A DNA stretch of 52,972 nucleotides from a virus (lineage: Duplodnaviria; Caudoviricetes). Below the pieces are notes generated by a model that was not told where the DNA came from, searched no databases, and was given only the letters and a program-made list of their open reading frames with translations. The first letter of the stretch is position 1; each line of letters begins with the position of its first letter. This document shows, one piece after another, positions 1-10,300 of this stretch. The DNA is taken from positions 1-52,972 of IMG/VR virus record IMGVR_UViG_3300013014_000039; one strand, given 5' to 3'. The position numbers and the translations under genes were made by a program.

Positions 1-2
1 AT

Positions 3-2336
3 ATGCCATTACAAAAACTACTGTTCAGACCGGGCGTTAACCGCGAAGGTACTACTCTCTCCAACGAGGGTGGCTATTTTGACGGCGACAAGATTCGTTT
101 CCGTTCTGGCTACCCTGAGAAGATTGGTGGCTGGCAGGTCGATAGCGGTGCTTACTTCACTACGGTTCCTACAGCTACGTTTTCATCAGGCGGTACATCG
201 ACAGCCGCTACACCTACTAGCGCATCGTTTTGGGGTATTGCTAAGGGGCTGTGGAACTGGATTAACTTAACAGGCTACAACTTACTTGGAGTTGGTACTG
301 ACTTAAAGTACTACATACAAAACTCTTCTGGCGGTGCGTATAACGACGTTACCCCTATGCGTGTTACCACTTCTGCTGGCGCAGTCACTTTTGCCGCAAC
401 ATCTGGCTCTACCACTCTCATAGTTACTAACGCCTCACACGGAGCGCAGGTGTCGGACTTTGTTTGTTTTACTGGCGCTGTAACTCTTGGCGGTGTGATT
501 ACTGCAACCGTACTAAATAGAGAGTATCAGGTTAAAACCGTTACAAGTAACAACACATACACAATTACATCTTCTGTTGCTGCCAATGGTAGTGATGTAG
601 GTAATGGTGGCGGTTCTGTTATAGGTAACTATCAACTAACAACGGGCTACACCACATTTACGCTTGGTACAGGTTGGGGCGCTGGTGGCTGGGGCGGCTC
701 GGTTGGGCCTAGTGCTACGACTGCGTTGACTGCAAGTATTAATAGTAGTTCTACTGCGGCTATTGCTGTAACTTCTACGTCAGGGTTTATTGCCAGTGGA
801 TTAATCTACATTGGCTCTGAGGGTATCTCTTACCCATCAACAACGGGAACTACGTTTGCCTCGCCTGTAATCCGTGGATTTAACACTACAGCGGCAGCAC
901 ACACTAACGGCGATGCTGTCTATCAATACCCATCAACTGCAACGGGCTGGGGTTCTCCTGCTACAACTGGTATCGGCATTCAACTGCGTTTGTGGAGTCA
1001 GTCTAACTACGGAGAAGATTTAGTACTTAACCCACGCGGTGCGGCTATGTATTACTGGGCTAATAACGCAAGCCCTAATGTTTATGACAGAGCGCAGATT
1101 ATTAAAGCATCGACTAACGTAGTTACTAAGGCGGGCACGTTTACACCTGACACAACTTGCCCATCCGTTGCTAACTTTGTGTTGGTGTCTGATGCTTCAC
1201 GGTTTACTTTTGCTTTTGGTACAAACGACCCGACAGGGGTGTACGCCACGGTAGCCCAAGACCCGATGCAGATTCGCTGGTCAGACCAAAACACTGCGGC
1301 TACATGGACACCTGCTATTACTAACCAAGCGGGCGGTATCCGTCTAAGCCACGGTTCTCAAATTATTACAGCCATTCAGACTAGGCAAGAGGTTTTGGTG
1401 CTTACCGACTCAGCCATCTATTCGTTTCAGTACCTTGGTGCGCCGTATGTGTGGGGTAGCCAACTCTTAGCTGACAACATCTCTATTATCAGCCCCAACG
1501 CAATGGTGGTTGTAAATAACGTCACCTATTGGATGGGCACAGATAAGTTCTATATGTACTCTGGTCGGGTAGAAACCCTCCCCTGTGCTTTGCGTCAGTA
1601 CATCTATAACAACATTAACCTGACAGAAGCGTTTCAGTTTTTTGCTGGCACAAACGAGGGCTACAACGAGATATGGTGGTTCTACTGCTCTATTACTGGA
1701 ACTACATCTGCGGGTGAAAACGGCACGGGCACACCGGGTTCGCCTAATCGTTTAGTTGACCGCTACGTCATATACAACCACCTTGAGCGTACTTGGTACT
1801 ACGGTACTTGGAACGGCACAACTGTTCGCCCGCGCACGGCTTGGTTGGATAGCCCATTAAGAGCAGAACCTATAGCAGGTATTGGGTATAACTCTGGCGG
1901 GGTGTACACCAACGGTGCAGTTGTATACCATGAGACTACCGTAGATAACAACGAGACTAGCACGCCTACTGCTATTGACGCTTATGTTCAATCGTCGGAT
2001 TTTGATATTGGTGATGGTCATAATTTTGGTTTTGTTTGGAGACTTATTCCCGACATCACTTTTGATGGCTCCAGCGCAGCAGCGCCTTCCGTTAACTTTA
2101 CGGTAAGACCACGCAATTTTCCCGGTTCAAACTACGGGTCATCAGACAACCCAGACGTAAATAGTGCTCAGTCATATGTCAGCACAACCACGTACAACGT
2201 ACAGCAGTTTACCGAGCAGGTCTATGTACGGATTCGGGGTAGACAGATGGCATTCAAGATTTCTTCATCAGACCTTGGTACGCAGTGGCAGTTAGGTGTC
2301 CCACGTATTGATGTCAGACCTGACGGTAGGAGATAA
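3..2336 (+). CDS. Tail nozzle / DNA stabilisation protein (P22 gp10-like)
   Basis: 777 aa beta-rich protein (N-terminal RFRSGYPEKIGGW, IRWSDQ, C-terminal RIRGRQ...RIDVRPDGRR) directly upstream of the ejection-protein genes. Confidence 0.65.
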   Translation: MPLQKLLFRPGVNREGTTLSNEGGYFDGDKIRFRSGYPEKIGGWQVDSGAYFTTVPTATFSSGGTSTAATPTSASFWGIAKGLWNWINLTGYNLLGVGTDLKYYIQNSSGGAYNDVTPMRVTTSAGAVTFAATSGSTTLIVTNASHGAQVSDFVCFTGAVTLGGVITATVLNREYQVKTVTSNNTYTITSSVAANGSDVGNGGGSVIGNYQLTTGYTTFTLGTGWGAGGWGGSVGPSATTALTASINSSSTAAIAVTSTSGFIASGLIYIGSEGISYPSTTGTTFASPVIRGFNTTAAAHTNGDAVYQYPSTATGWGSPATTGIGIQLRLWSQSNYGEDLVLNPRGAAMYYWANNASPNVYDRAQIIKASTNVVTKAGTFTPDTTCPSVANFVLVSDASRFTFAFGTNDPTGVYATVAQDPMQIRWSDQNTAATWTPAITNQAGGIRLSHGSQIITAIQTRQEVLVLTDSAIYSFQYLGAPYVWGSQLLADNISIISPNAMVVVNNVTYWMGTDKFYMYSGRVETLPCALRQYIYNNINLTEAFQFFAGTNEGYNEIWWFYCSITGTTSAGENGTGTPGSPNRLVDRYVIYNHLERTWYYGTWNGTTVRPRTAWLDSPLRAEPIAGIGYNSGGVYTNGAVVYHETTVDNNETSTPTAIDAYVQSSDFDIGDGHNFGFVWRLIPDITFDGSSAAAPSVNFTVRPRNFPGSNYGSSDNPDVNSAQSYVSTTTYNVQQFTEQVYVRIRGRQMAFKISSSDLGTQWQLGVPRIDVRPDGRR

Positions 2337-2338
2337 GT

Positions 2339-2680
2339 ATGTCAGCAAAAGGTGTAATAGCCCCAAGATTACCAGCCGCGCCAGTTGAGTATGACCGCCT
2401 CTATATAGATACGATGCTAGGTATCTTGCGTCAGTACTTTGACCAACTAGACAACGCAGGCCCTGTATTGGTATCAACGCAGAGAAAGCCAGCGCAGGGT
2501 TCTGTTCCAGCAGAGGTAATCTCAGCTTTAAGTTGTGCTCAACCAAACCCAACTTCGCCAGCCGTATACGTTATTAGTCTTCCAACACAGGCTGATTTTG
2601 CTCTTCTGCGCTCTGGCGATATTTACTACGATACGTCTGGTGGGGCCGCATCTAGTTACCCATTAAGGATTAAGGCGTGA
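2339..2680 (+). CDS. Small virion/tail-associated protein
   Basis: 113 aa, SD AGGAG upstream, lies between nozzle and ejection genes. Confidence 0.5.
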   Translation: MSAKGVIAPRLPAAPVEYDRLYIDTMLGILRQYFDQLDNAGPVLVSTQRKPAQGSVPAEVISALSCAQPNPTSPAVYVISLPTQADFALLRSGDIYYDTSGGAASSYPLRIKA

Positions 2681-2714
2681 TAAACTCAATTAACCCCCTA
2701 TCTACGAGGCAAAA

Positions 2715-4550
2715 ATGAGCCTACAACTTGCCGCCCAACATTTATCTACTAAAGGTCGTGGACCTGACGACACGCTCGTTCACATGTCCCGTGGTGAGGT
2801 TAAAAGTCTTAACGACTTGGCTATGGCGCATGGGGGTCAACTAACTATTAACCCACAGACTGGCTTACCCGAAGCGGGTTTTCTTTCTATGCTTTTACCA
2901 ATAGTTGCTGGCGCGGCTCTCGGTCCAGCAGGTTTTGGCGTTGCTTCATCTGCTATGGGCGCTGGTTTGATGGTAGGCGCTGGTAGCTATTTACTTAACC
3001 CCAAAGCTGGTTTAATGGGAGCGTTATCCGCTGGAATGGGCGCATATGGTGGCGCGGGGTTAGGTGAGGCTTTAGCTGCTCAAGGTATGGAGCAAGCCAC
3101 TGCCGCAAGCCTAGCAAATAAACCAGAATATTTGGCGCAACAAGAAGCAATTAAGAACGCAACTACCAATCAACTTGCTGGCGGGGCAAATGCCCTTTCT
3201 CCAGAAGCATACGCTGACCAAATGCGTGGGTTAGGTACATCCGCTACAGATACTTATAACACCGCTTTGGCTAACGCAAAACCCACAGATTTTATGGGTA
3301 AAGTAGACATGATGGGGCAGGGTGTTAAATCTGCATTTACAGACCCTAATGGGTTTAGCAGTGTATACAACAAATTAGGCGACACTACTATGAGTCGCGT
3401 AGGCACTTTAACTTCTTTAGCGGCTCCAGCAATAGCCCAACAACCAAAAGACGAGTCCGTTGCACCCGTAGTTGACAAAGATATGGGACAGCGTTATTCG
3501 TATAGTGCTGGCGCGGCACAACCGCTTCCAACGCCTGATGTGCCATCGTATGATGCAATGTTGACTCAACAGGATAACTTTGGTAAAGAACAAAATTACT
3601 ACCCAACAAGGGGATATACAAAAGTTTCTAAGGATGAAGCCAAAAATATCTATGGTTTTGCAGATGGTGGGCCAGTAGAACAGATGTCTAATAACGCGGC
3701 TGTGGGCGCAAACACCATGTATCCAATGGCTAATATGGCAACGTCATCTTTTGCTACGCCTTATCAGACCCCTCAGTCTACTAATATGTTGGCTAACATG
3801 GTGGCTCCCTCCGGTGGTGGCGCAGTGAATGCTATGTCTGGCGAACCCAGTATGCAAGGCACTCGCATGGCTGACGGCGGTATTTCCGGTAGCGGTCATC
3901 TTGATTTAAATATTCCACTTGACTTTGGTAACGGAAGCAGTGGTGGCTTTGGCGGTGGTGGCGCTAATGGTTACAGTGCCGCAGGCTCTGGTGGCGGAAG
4001 TCAGACTGGGTTCACTGGGCAGAACAATACAGGCGCTAACGGACTTGGTGCCAATGGTATGGCGCATCCCGCTTACCAAGACCTTCCACAAGGAAACACA
4101 TTCGAAGGCGATACGTTCCAACCTCAAGGTACACGCGCTTTTGGTGGTAACCCACAGCAAATGATAGGGTTGCTATCTTCTTTGATGCAACGCCAGCAGT
4201 CGGGTAACGCATCTGCTCCACAACCTATGCAGATGGCTTCGGGAGGTATCTCAGATGCGGGATATAACTTGGGTGGCTATTCTGATGGTGGGCGCTTACT
4301 TCGCGGGCCGGGAGATGGCGTATCTGATTCGATCCCTGCCATGATTGGTAAGAAACAACCCGCTCGTCTAGCTGATGGTGAGTTTGTAGTTCCCGCTCGT
4401 ATTGTTTCTGAGATTGGCAACGGCTCAACTGAGGCTGGCGCACGTAAACTCTATGCCATGATGGACAGAGTTCAGTCGGCTCGTAGGCAAACTGTTGGTA
4501 AAGGAAAAGTGGCAAAAAATAGTCGGGCAGATAAGTATTTGCCCGCATGA
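2715..4550 (+). CDS. Internal virion (ejection) protein
   Basis: 611 aa, Gly/Ala-rich with hydrophobic segments, INPQTGLPEA and GDGVSDSIPA...RLADGEFVV motifs, four xxxGG tags. Confidence 0.6.
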   Translation: MSLQLAAQHLSTKGRGPDDTLVHMSRGEVKSLNDLAMAHGGQLTINPQTGLPEAGFLSMLLPIVAGAALGPAGFGVASSAMGAGLMVGAGSYLLNPKAGLMGALSAGMGAYGGAGLGEALAAQGMEQATAASLANKPEYLAQQEAIKNATTNQLAGGANALSPEAYADQMRGLGTSATDTYNTALANAKPTDFMGKVDMMGQGVKSAFTDPNGFSSVYNKLGDTTMSRVGTLTSLAAPAIAQQPKDESVAPVVDKDMGQRYSYSAGAAQPLPTPDVPSYDAMLTQQDNFGKEQNYYPTRGYTKVSKDEAKNIYGFADGGPVEQMSNNAAVGANTMYPMANMATSSFATPYQTPQSTNMLANMVAPSGGGAVNAMSGEPSMQGTRMADGGISGSGHLDLNIPLDFGNGSSGGFGGGGANGYSAAGSGGGSQTGFTGQNNTGANGLGANGMAHPAYQDLPQGNTFEGDTFQPQGTRAFGGNPQQMIGLLSSLMQRQQSGNASAPQPMQMASGGISDAGYNLGGYSDGGRLLRGPGDGVSDSIPAMIGKKQPARLADGEFVVPARIVSEIGNGSTEAGARKLYAMMDRVQSARRQTVGKGKVAKNSRADKYLPA

Positions 4551-4972
4551 AAATAAGTTTTGTGCCTGTAGGACAAGTGGCTGGGGTTATACCTAGCCTT
4601 TTTCCATTTCTGAAGGAGTCTTCAGATTGGTCACGAGGTAGGGTAACAGTTGACGATATTGTTAGATTTGTTTTAAATGGGCAAATGCATTTGTGGGCTG
4701 TGCATGATGGGGATACAGCCTACGGACATTTAATAACAGAAATAAAACAATATCCGCAATGCAAAATGTTAACTATTCAGTATTGCGCTATGACGGCGTG
4801 GACAATGGATCAAATTGAAGATGAAATGCAAACCATAGCTGAACAAGTTGCCAAAGATGCAGGTTGTGCTGGTATTGAGTTTGTAGGTCGTCCGGGTTGG
4901 AAAAGAACCAGCAACAAGTATGGCTATGCCGTGCAAAGTGTAATGTATCAAAAGTTTTTTAAAGAGGTCTGA
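4547..4972 (+). CDS. GNAT-fold protein in the ejection module
   Basis: 141 aa ending AKDAGCAGIEFVGRPGWKR; position matches GNAT-like genes found among podophage internal-protein genes. Confidence 0.55.
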   Translation: MKISFVPVGQVAGVIPSLFPFLKESSDWSRGRVTVDDIVRFVLNGQMHLWAVHDGDTAYGHLITEIKQYPQCKMLTIQYCAMTAWTMDQIEDEMQTIAEQVAKDAGCAGIEFVGRPGWKRTSNKYGYAVQSVMYQKFFKEV

Positions 4973-4973
4973 G

Positions 4974-7328
4974 ATGGACTTATTAGCATTAAAAAGAAGC
5001 CTTATGCCATTGAGTGGCCCACAAGACCCTGGTGGTGGCGGTGGTGGTTCTGCTCCTGCAAATACTACGGCTACAAACACCCAAACTACTGAGTTACCAG
5101 AGTGGGCAAGAGGTTACGCCAAGGACACACTGGCTAAAGGTCAGGCATTAACCGATACTAACCAAAACCCATACCAAACGTATTCAGGTGATCGGATTGC
5201 AGGGTTTTCCCCAATGCAGCAACAGGCTATGCAGAGTGCTCAAAACATGACTGCGGCACCGCAAATAGGTCAGGGTACGGCAGCCGCTACTGGCGCAGCA
5301 CTTGGCGGGTTAGATGTTGCTGGGCAAGCTAACCCCTACGGATTCCAAAATCAAGTTGGCGGGTACATGAACCCGTACATGAATCAGATTTTGGCTCCTC
5401 AACTAGCGGAGGCTAATCGTCAATATGATATTGGTGCGACTAGACAACAGAGCGCGGCAACACAAGCGGGCGCGTTTGGCGGTTCCCGTGAAGCGATCAT
5501 GGCTGCGGAGAATGAACGTAATCGTAATACGGGTCTAAATCAAATCTACGGTCAGGGCTTGAACACTGCGTATACCAACGCACAAAATCAGTACAACCAG
5601 AATATGCAGAACCAACTTGCAGGTTATGGCATGGCTAATCAAGCCGCTGGTCAGTTGGGTCAGTTAGGTCAAAATCAATATCAACAGAACATGGGTATTA
5701 ACCAACTGCAAGCGCAGTATGGTGGGCAACAGCAGGCGTTGCAACAGCAGGGGCTTACACAAGCATACGGAGATTTCCAGAACCAACAGAACTACCCATA
5801 CAAGCAGTTGGGTTTTATGTCTGACATGATCCGTGGTTTGCCACTGGGTCAACAATCTACCGCACAGATGTATCAACCACCCGGCAGTGCTATAGGACAG
5901 ATTGCTGGTCTAGGCGTTGGCGCTCTTGGTTTGGCTGGATTAGGTAAACAGGCTGGTGTATTTGCTGAAGGTGGCGAAGTCCAAAGTTATGAGGACGGTG
6001 GCATAACAGGCGCAATGAATGACCCATACCAAATGGCGGATTCTGTTGATAAATTATCTGACGAACAACTACAAGCAATCTTACAACGCCCATCTTCTCC
6101 AGCAGAGTTCCGTGCCGCTCAAGATGAGATGGCTATGCGTGCGTCTGAAAAACAAGGTGTAGCAAGCATGGTTCCGCCTTACATGTCTGATGACATTGTG
6201 AGTGCTGCGGGCGGTGGCATCTTGGCGTTTGATGAGGGCGGTACAACAAGTCGCTTTAGAGAAATGCTTCCTGAGAATTTAAAGTCTGGAAATGAATATC
6301 AAAAACAATATGCTGAAAGAAATCAAGCATATAAAGATTTATTGGAAGCAAATAGACGCGGGCCTGGTTTCTTTGGTCAAGCAACTAAAGAAGCGATTGC
6401 AGCAAATGACGCGGAAGTAAAAGCTGCTAGTGATAGGCTTAGAGGTATAAAACCAAAAATGGAAATGGGTGAAAACTTAGGCGCAACCGATGCAAGTCTA
6501 GGCGCAGCAGGTGTAGCTGCAATGATGGGTAAAGAAAAAGCTAAACCATCACAAAACGCTGGTGGTGCTGGTGGACCAAGAATAGGTGGTGCTGGTGGCG
6601 CTGGCGGTGCTGGTGGTAAGGACGACTTTGAAACTGAAATGGCTAGAGTCAAAGAGTTTTTTAAAGACCCAGAAGCCGAAGCTGCTAATAAACGTATGGA
6701 AGATTTGCTTGGCAAACGTGAAGGAAAAGTAGATGAGGCCAAGCAAAGAGCGTTCTACGGATTCTTGGCTAACTCTGGCGCTCAGATAGCCCAAGCTGCT
6801 AGTAAATCTGGAAAGTCTAAAGGTATACGTGGTCTTCTTGAAAGTACTGCGGAAGCCGCTCCAGCATCTATGCAGTTTGCTAATGAGGCACAAAGAGGTA
6901 TTGATGCATTGGAAGATACCAACCTCAAACTTAACCTTGAGTATCAAAAACTAAAAATTGCTGAACGCAAGAACGACAAGACAGCAATGCTATCTGCGTA
7001 CCAGAACATACGTATGCTTAAACAGCATGAGGCTACATTGGGTGAAACCATACGTAGCAACAAAGCACGCGAAGGAATCTTGGCGCAACGCGCTTCGTCT
7101 GCTTCCAACCCTGGAATCAAAGCCTACTATTCTGGACAAGCACAGGCTAGAAACCTTGCATCTAGAGAAGCTACTAAGCAGTGGGAAAACATAGCGGATC
7201 GTAAAGCTCTTGAAAAACAAGGCATTACTAGTTACGACCAACTGTTCAATCAACGTTTGAGACAACACATGAAGAGCGCCATGCCTATCTATGGCGTAAG
7301 ACCTGACACCGAAGACGACGAAGGATAA
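4974..7328 (+). CDS. Internal virion (ejection) protein
   Basis: 784 aa, Gln/Gly/Ala-rich N-half with AGAFGGSR motif, charged helical C-half. Confidence 0.55.
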   Translation: MDLLALKRSLMPLSGPQDPGGGGGGSAPANTTATNTQTTELPEWARGYAKDTLAKGQALTDTNQNPYQTYSGDRIAGFSPMQQQAMQSAQNMTAAPQIGQGTAAATGAALGGLDVAGQANPYGFQNQVGGYMNPYMNQILAPQLAEANRQYDIGATRQQSAATQAGAFGGSREAIMAAENERNRNTGLNQIYGQGLNTAYTNAQNQYNQNMQNQLAGYGMANQAAGQLGQLGQNQYQQNMGINQLQAQYGGQQQALQQQGLTQAYGDFQNQQNYPYKQLGFMSDMIRGLPLGQQSTAQMYQPPGSAIGQIAGLGVGALGLAGLGKQAGVFAEGGEVQSYEDGGITGAMNDPYQMADSVDKLSDEQLQAILQRPSSPAEFRAAQDEMAMRASEKQGVASMVPPYMSDDIVSAAGGGILAFDEGGTTSRFREMLPENLKSGNEYQKQYAERNQAYKDLLEANRRGPGFFGQATKEAIAANDAEVKAASDRLRGIKPKMEMGENLGATDASLGAAGVAAMMGKEKAKPSQNAGGAGGPRIGGAGGAGGAGGKDDFETEMARVKEFFKDPEAEAANKRMEDLLGKREGKVDEAKQRAFYGFLANSGAQIAQAASKSGKSKGIRGLLESTAEAAPASMQFANEAQRGIDALEDTNLKLNLEYQKLKIAERKNDKTAMLSAYQNIRMLKQHEATLGETIRSNKAREGILAQRASSASNPGIKAYYSGQAQARNLASREATKQWENIADRKALEKQGITSYDQLFNQRLRQHMKSAMPIYGVRPDTEDDEG

Positions 7329-7330
7329 TC

Positions 7331-10300
7331 ATGGCGACATACCGCGCAAAGGGTGCTGACGGTAAGGCATATCGCTTTGATGGCCCGCCCGGATTAAGTA
7401 CGAAAGAAGCATCGTTCTTTTTAGATCAGTATCTAAACATGGGCGGTATGGAGCCAGAACCTGCTCCTCTTGCTCCCGTAGAACAAAAGGGAGAAACTGG
7501 CTTCATTCCATCCGTCATACGCGGTGGTCGCGGCATCACATCTCTATTAGGTGACGTTGCTCCAGCCATGCTTGGTAAGGCAGTTGGTGCTAATGACTAT
7601 GCAAGACGGCAAATGGAAGAGGCTGCTGCATACCAGAAAGAAACTGAAAGACTTTATCCCGCAGAAGTTGCGTCATACAAAGATATCGATAGCGTTGGCA
7701 AAGCGCTAACCTATGTAAAAGAGTCGATTGGTGAAGCACTACCGTCCATATTGCCAAGCGTTCTTACTGGTGGACTAGCTGGCGTAGCAGGTCGTGGCGC
7801 ACAGGCTGCTGCTATGCAGGCCGCAGAACAAGTGGCAAGTCGTGGCGTTGTAAAAGCTATGGAAGCAGGGCCAATCCAAGCCGCTACTCTCGAAGCCATT
7901 AAAAAACAAGCATTAGATGCTGGTATAAAAGAAGCGCAAAAGATCGGGTTGAAGTACCAAACCGCTGGCGCGTTGGCTGGCTCTGCGGCACAGAACGTCC
8001 CTGACGTTTACCAAAACATTTATGAGGCGACAGGTAAGCAAGACCTTGGCGCGGCTCTAGCATTCGGTGCGTTTAACTCTGCGCTAGATGCAATTACTCC
8101 TATTGCTTTGTTACGCAAGATGTCTAAGGCTGGAGTCAGCCCAGAAGAAGTTGCAGCCGCGTGGTACAAGCGTGCGGGCAAAGGCGCAGTCCAAGGCTTT
8201 ATCTCTGAGGGTGGCACTGAGGCGCTACAGGAAGTATCGTCTGCTGCGGCTGAAAAGTTTGTTGACAAGAACCAGCAGTTTTTCTCCGAGAAGAACTTTG
8301 AGCGATTCATCAATGCAGGTCTAAAAGGTGGCTTTGGTGGCGCAGGTATAACTGCGGCTACTGATGTAGCGTTTGGCAAGGGCCCAACAGCACCACCTTC
8401 TACAGAGACACAAACACAACAAACTCAACAGGAAGTCCCACCCGGCGGAGAGATAACAGATGAAACTACGCCCGAGACGCCGCTACCACCCGGTGGCAAG
8501 GGCATGGCCTTTACTGGCAATGAAACACTAGAAGCCCTTCCAGAAGGGTTTGTTATGCCTGCGGCTCCTGCTGCGGCAACTACTCCTAATATCGATGCAA
8601 AGCAAGCAGACTACGATAATCGCGTAAAAGAAATTGCAATCCTACAAAGCAAACCTTCTTTAACTGAACAAGAAGCTGGGCTTTTAAAAGGGCGTATAGC
8701 AAAAAACGAAAGAATAAAGGCAGAAATAGACGCTGAACGCGCCGCGCTTGCAACAAAAGCGGAATCTTTTGGGCGTTATGGCGAAGAGTCTACAACAGGA
8801 GGACAAGATGCTGGACAACCTATCGCTCAAACAGGTGGAGAAGGCGCTAGCGTACCTGGCGCAACCGATACAAACGCACCCGCCGGAGGGACTGGAGGAG
8901 CTGAATCCACAGGAATGGTTCGTCCTGGAGAGAATGCTACAGGCGCTGATCTCGGAGAAGCTACACAGTCCGCTCCAGTAAATTACACAGTAGCTGATTT
9001 ACTTGCGTCTGGGGAAGCGGATCAAGATGTACCTGACTTCACTGCACCACCTGCGGCAACGGCTGAAGCACCTAAACAAGAAGCGCCAGTTAAAAAGTTT
9101 GACTTACGTAACAGACTAGAAGAATTCAAGAAAAAGAAACAAGACAAACTTCCGTCTAAAGGCGAAGGGTTTGATCCTGAACTGCTTGAATTAGCAGCCG
9201 ATGCAGAAGTAGATGCATCTAAGTATGATGACGAAGAATCTTTAATAGCAGCGATTGAAAGTTCGCTTGCTGAGTTAGATTCTTTGAAGAATCGTATATC
9301 TCCCGCAGTTGTTAATGCTTATGAAGCGGCGGCTGCTGAACACAACGCAAAATTTAAAGCCAAAGCTGCTGGCACAGTAACGCCTAAATTTAGTGACCTT
9401 TTAAGAGAAAACCCAGATGCTGTAAGAATCTTTCTTAGCAACATAACTGGGCCTGATATAACTCCATCTGCCTTATCTACAAAAACACCAGAGCAAAGAC
9501 AGGCAGCCATAGATAGCGCGGTTCAAAAAGTAGGTGAGCATCTAGATAAAAAGCGTTCGCAGTCGGAAGCAGTTGGCAGGCAAGCTACGCAACTTGGACA
9601 AGACAAAGAAGCCACGCAAACATTGGCTAAAGCCGACGCTGCTATGGGTATACGCTATGAAGACCAGCGCAAACTGTTCCCATCTATTGGCACGTTACCC
9701 CCTTGGGAAAGTTTATCTAGAGCCAGTAAAAATCTATTTGGTTCAGCAAACGTAAACGATACTGTTTTAGAGCAGGCTTTGGCGTTGAACCTTGTCAAAG
9801 AACAAGTAGAACTAGAAGCCAAAGGCGAGAAAGCTAAAGATGCCGCTACTGACGCGGAAGCAATAGCCATAGGACAGATGTATCGTCAAGCGCAACAAGA
9901 GCGCAAGAATCAGCCAGCAGGTAAAGGCAGTTTGTTGCCGTTAGGTATTCTTGTTAAGTTGCGCCGTGGTGATGTCAAGGCTGCTTTAGAGTATCTTAGA
10001 CAAGACGCCAAGGGTATAAAGATTGGCAAGTCTAAATTTGGGCGTGTGCGCTATGGCTACACAGTCACTGAAATCAATGACGATATAAAAGACGAAGTGC
10101 CATTCAAGATTGGCAACGTATTGAGTCTGGGCGACTTTGAAGCCTACGCTGATAGATATGGCGACTCATTCACAGTTGAAAAAAGACAGATCAGTAATAA
10201 CACGCCACAGCAGCAAGCATTGATGGCTAACAAAGTATTTTCTTCGTTGGTTTTCAAGAACCTTGCTGAAAAACTGTTAGACATAAAAGACTTCAAAGTC

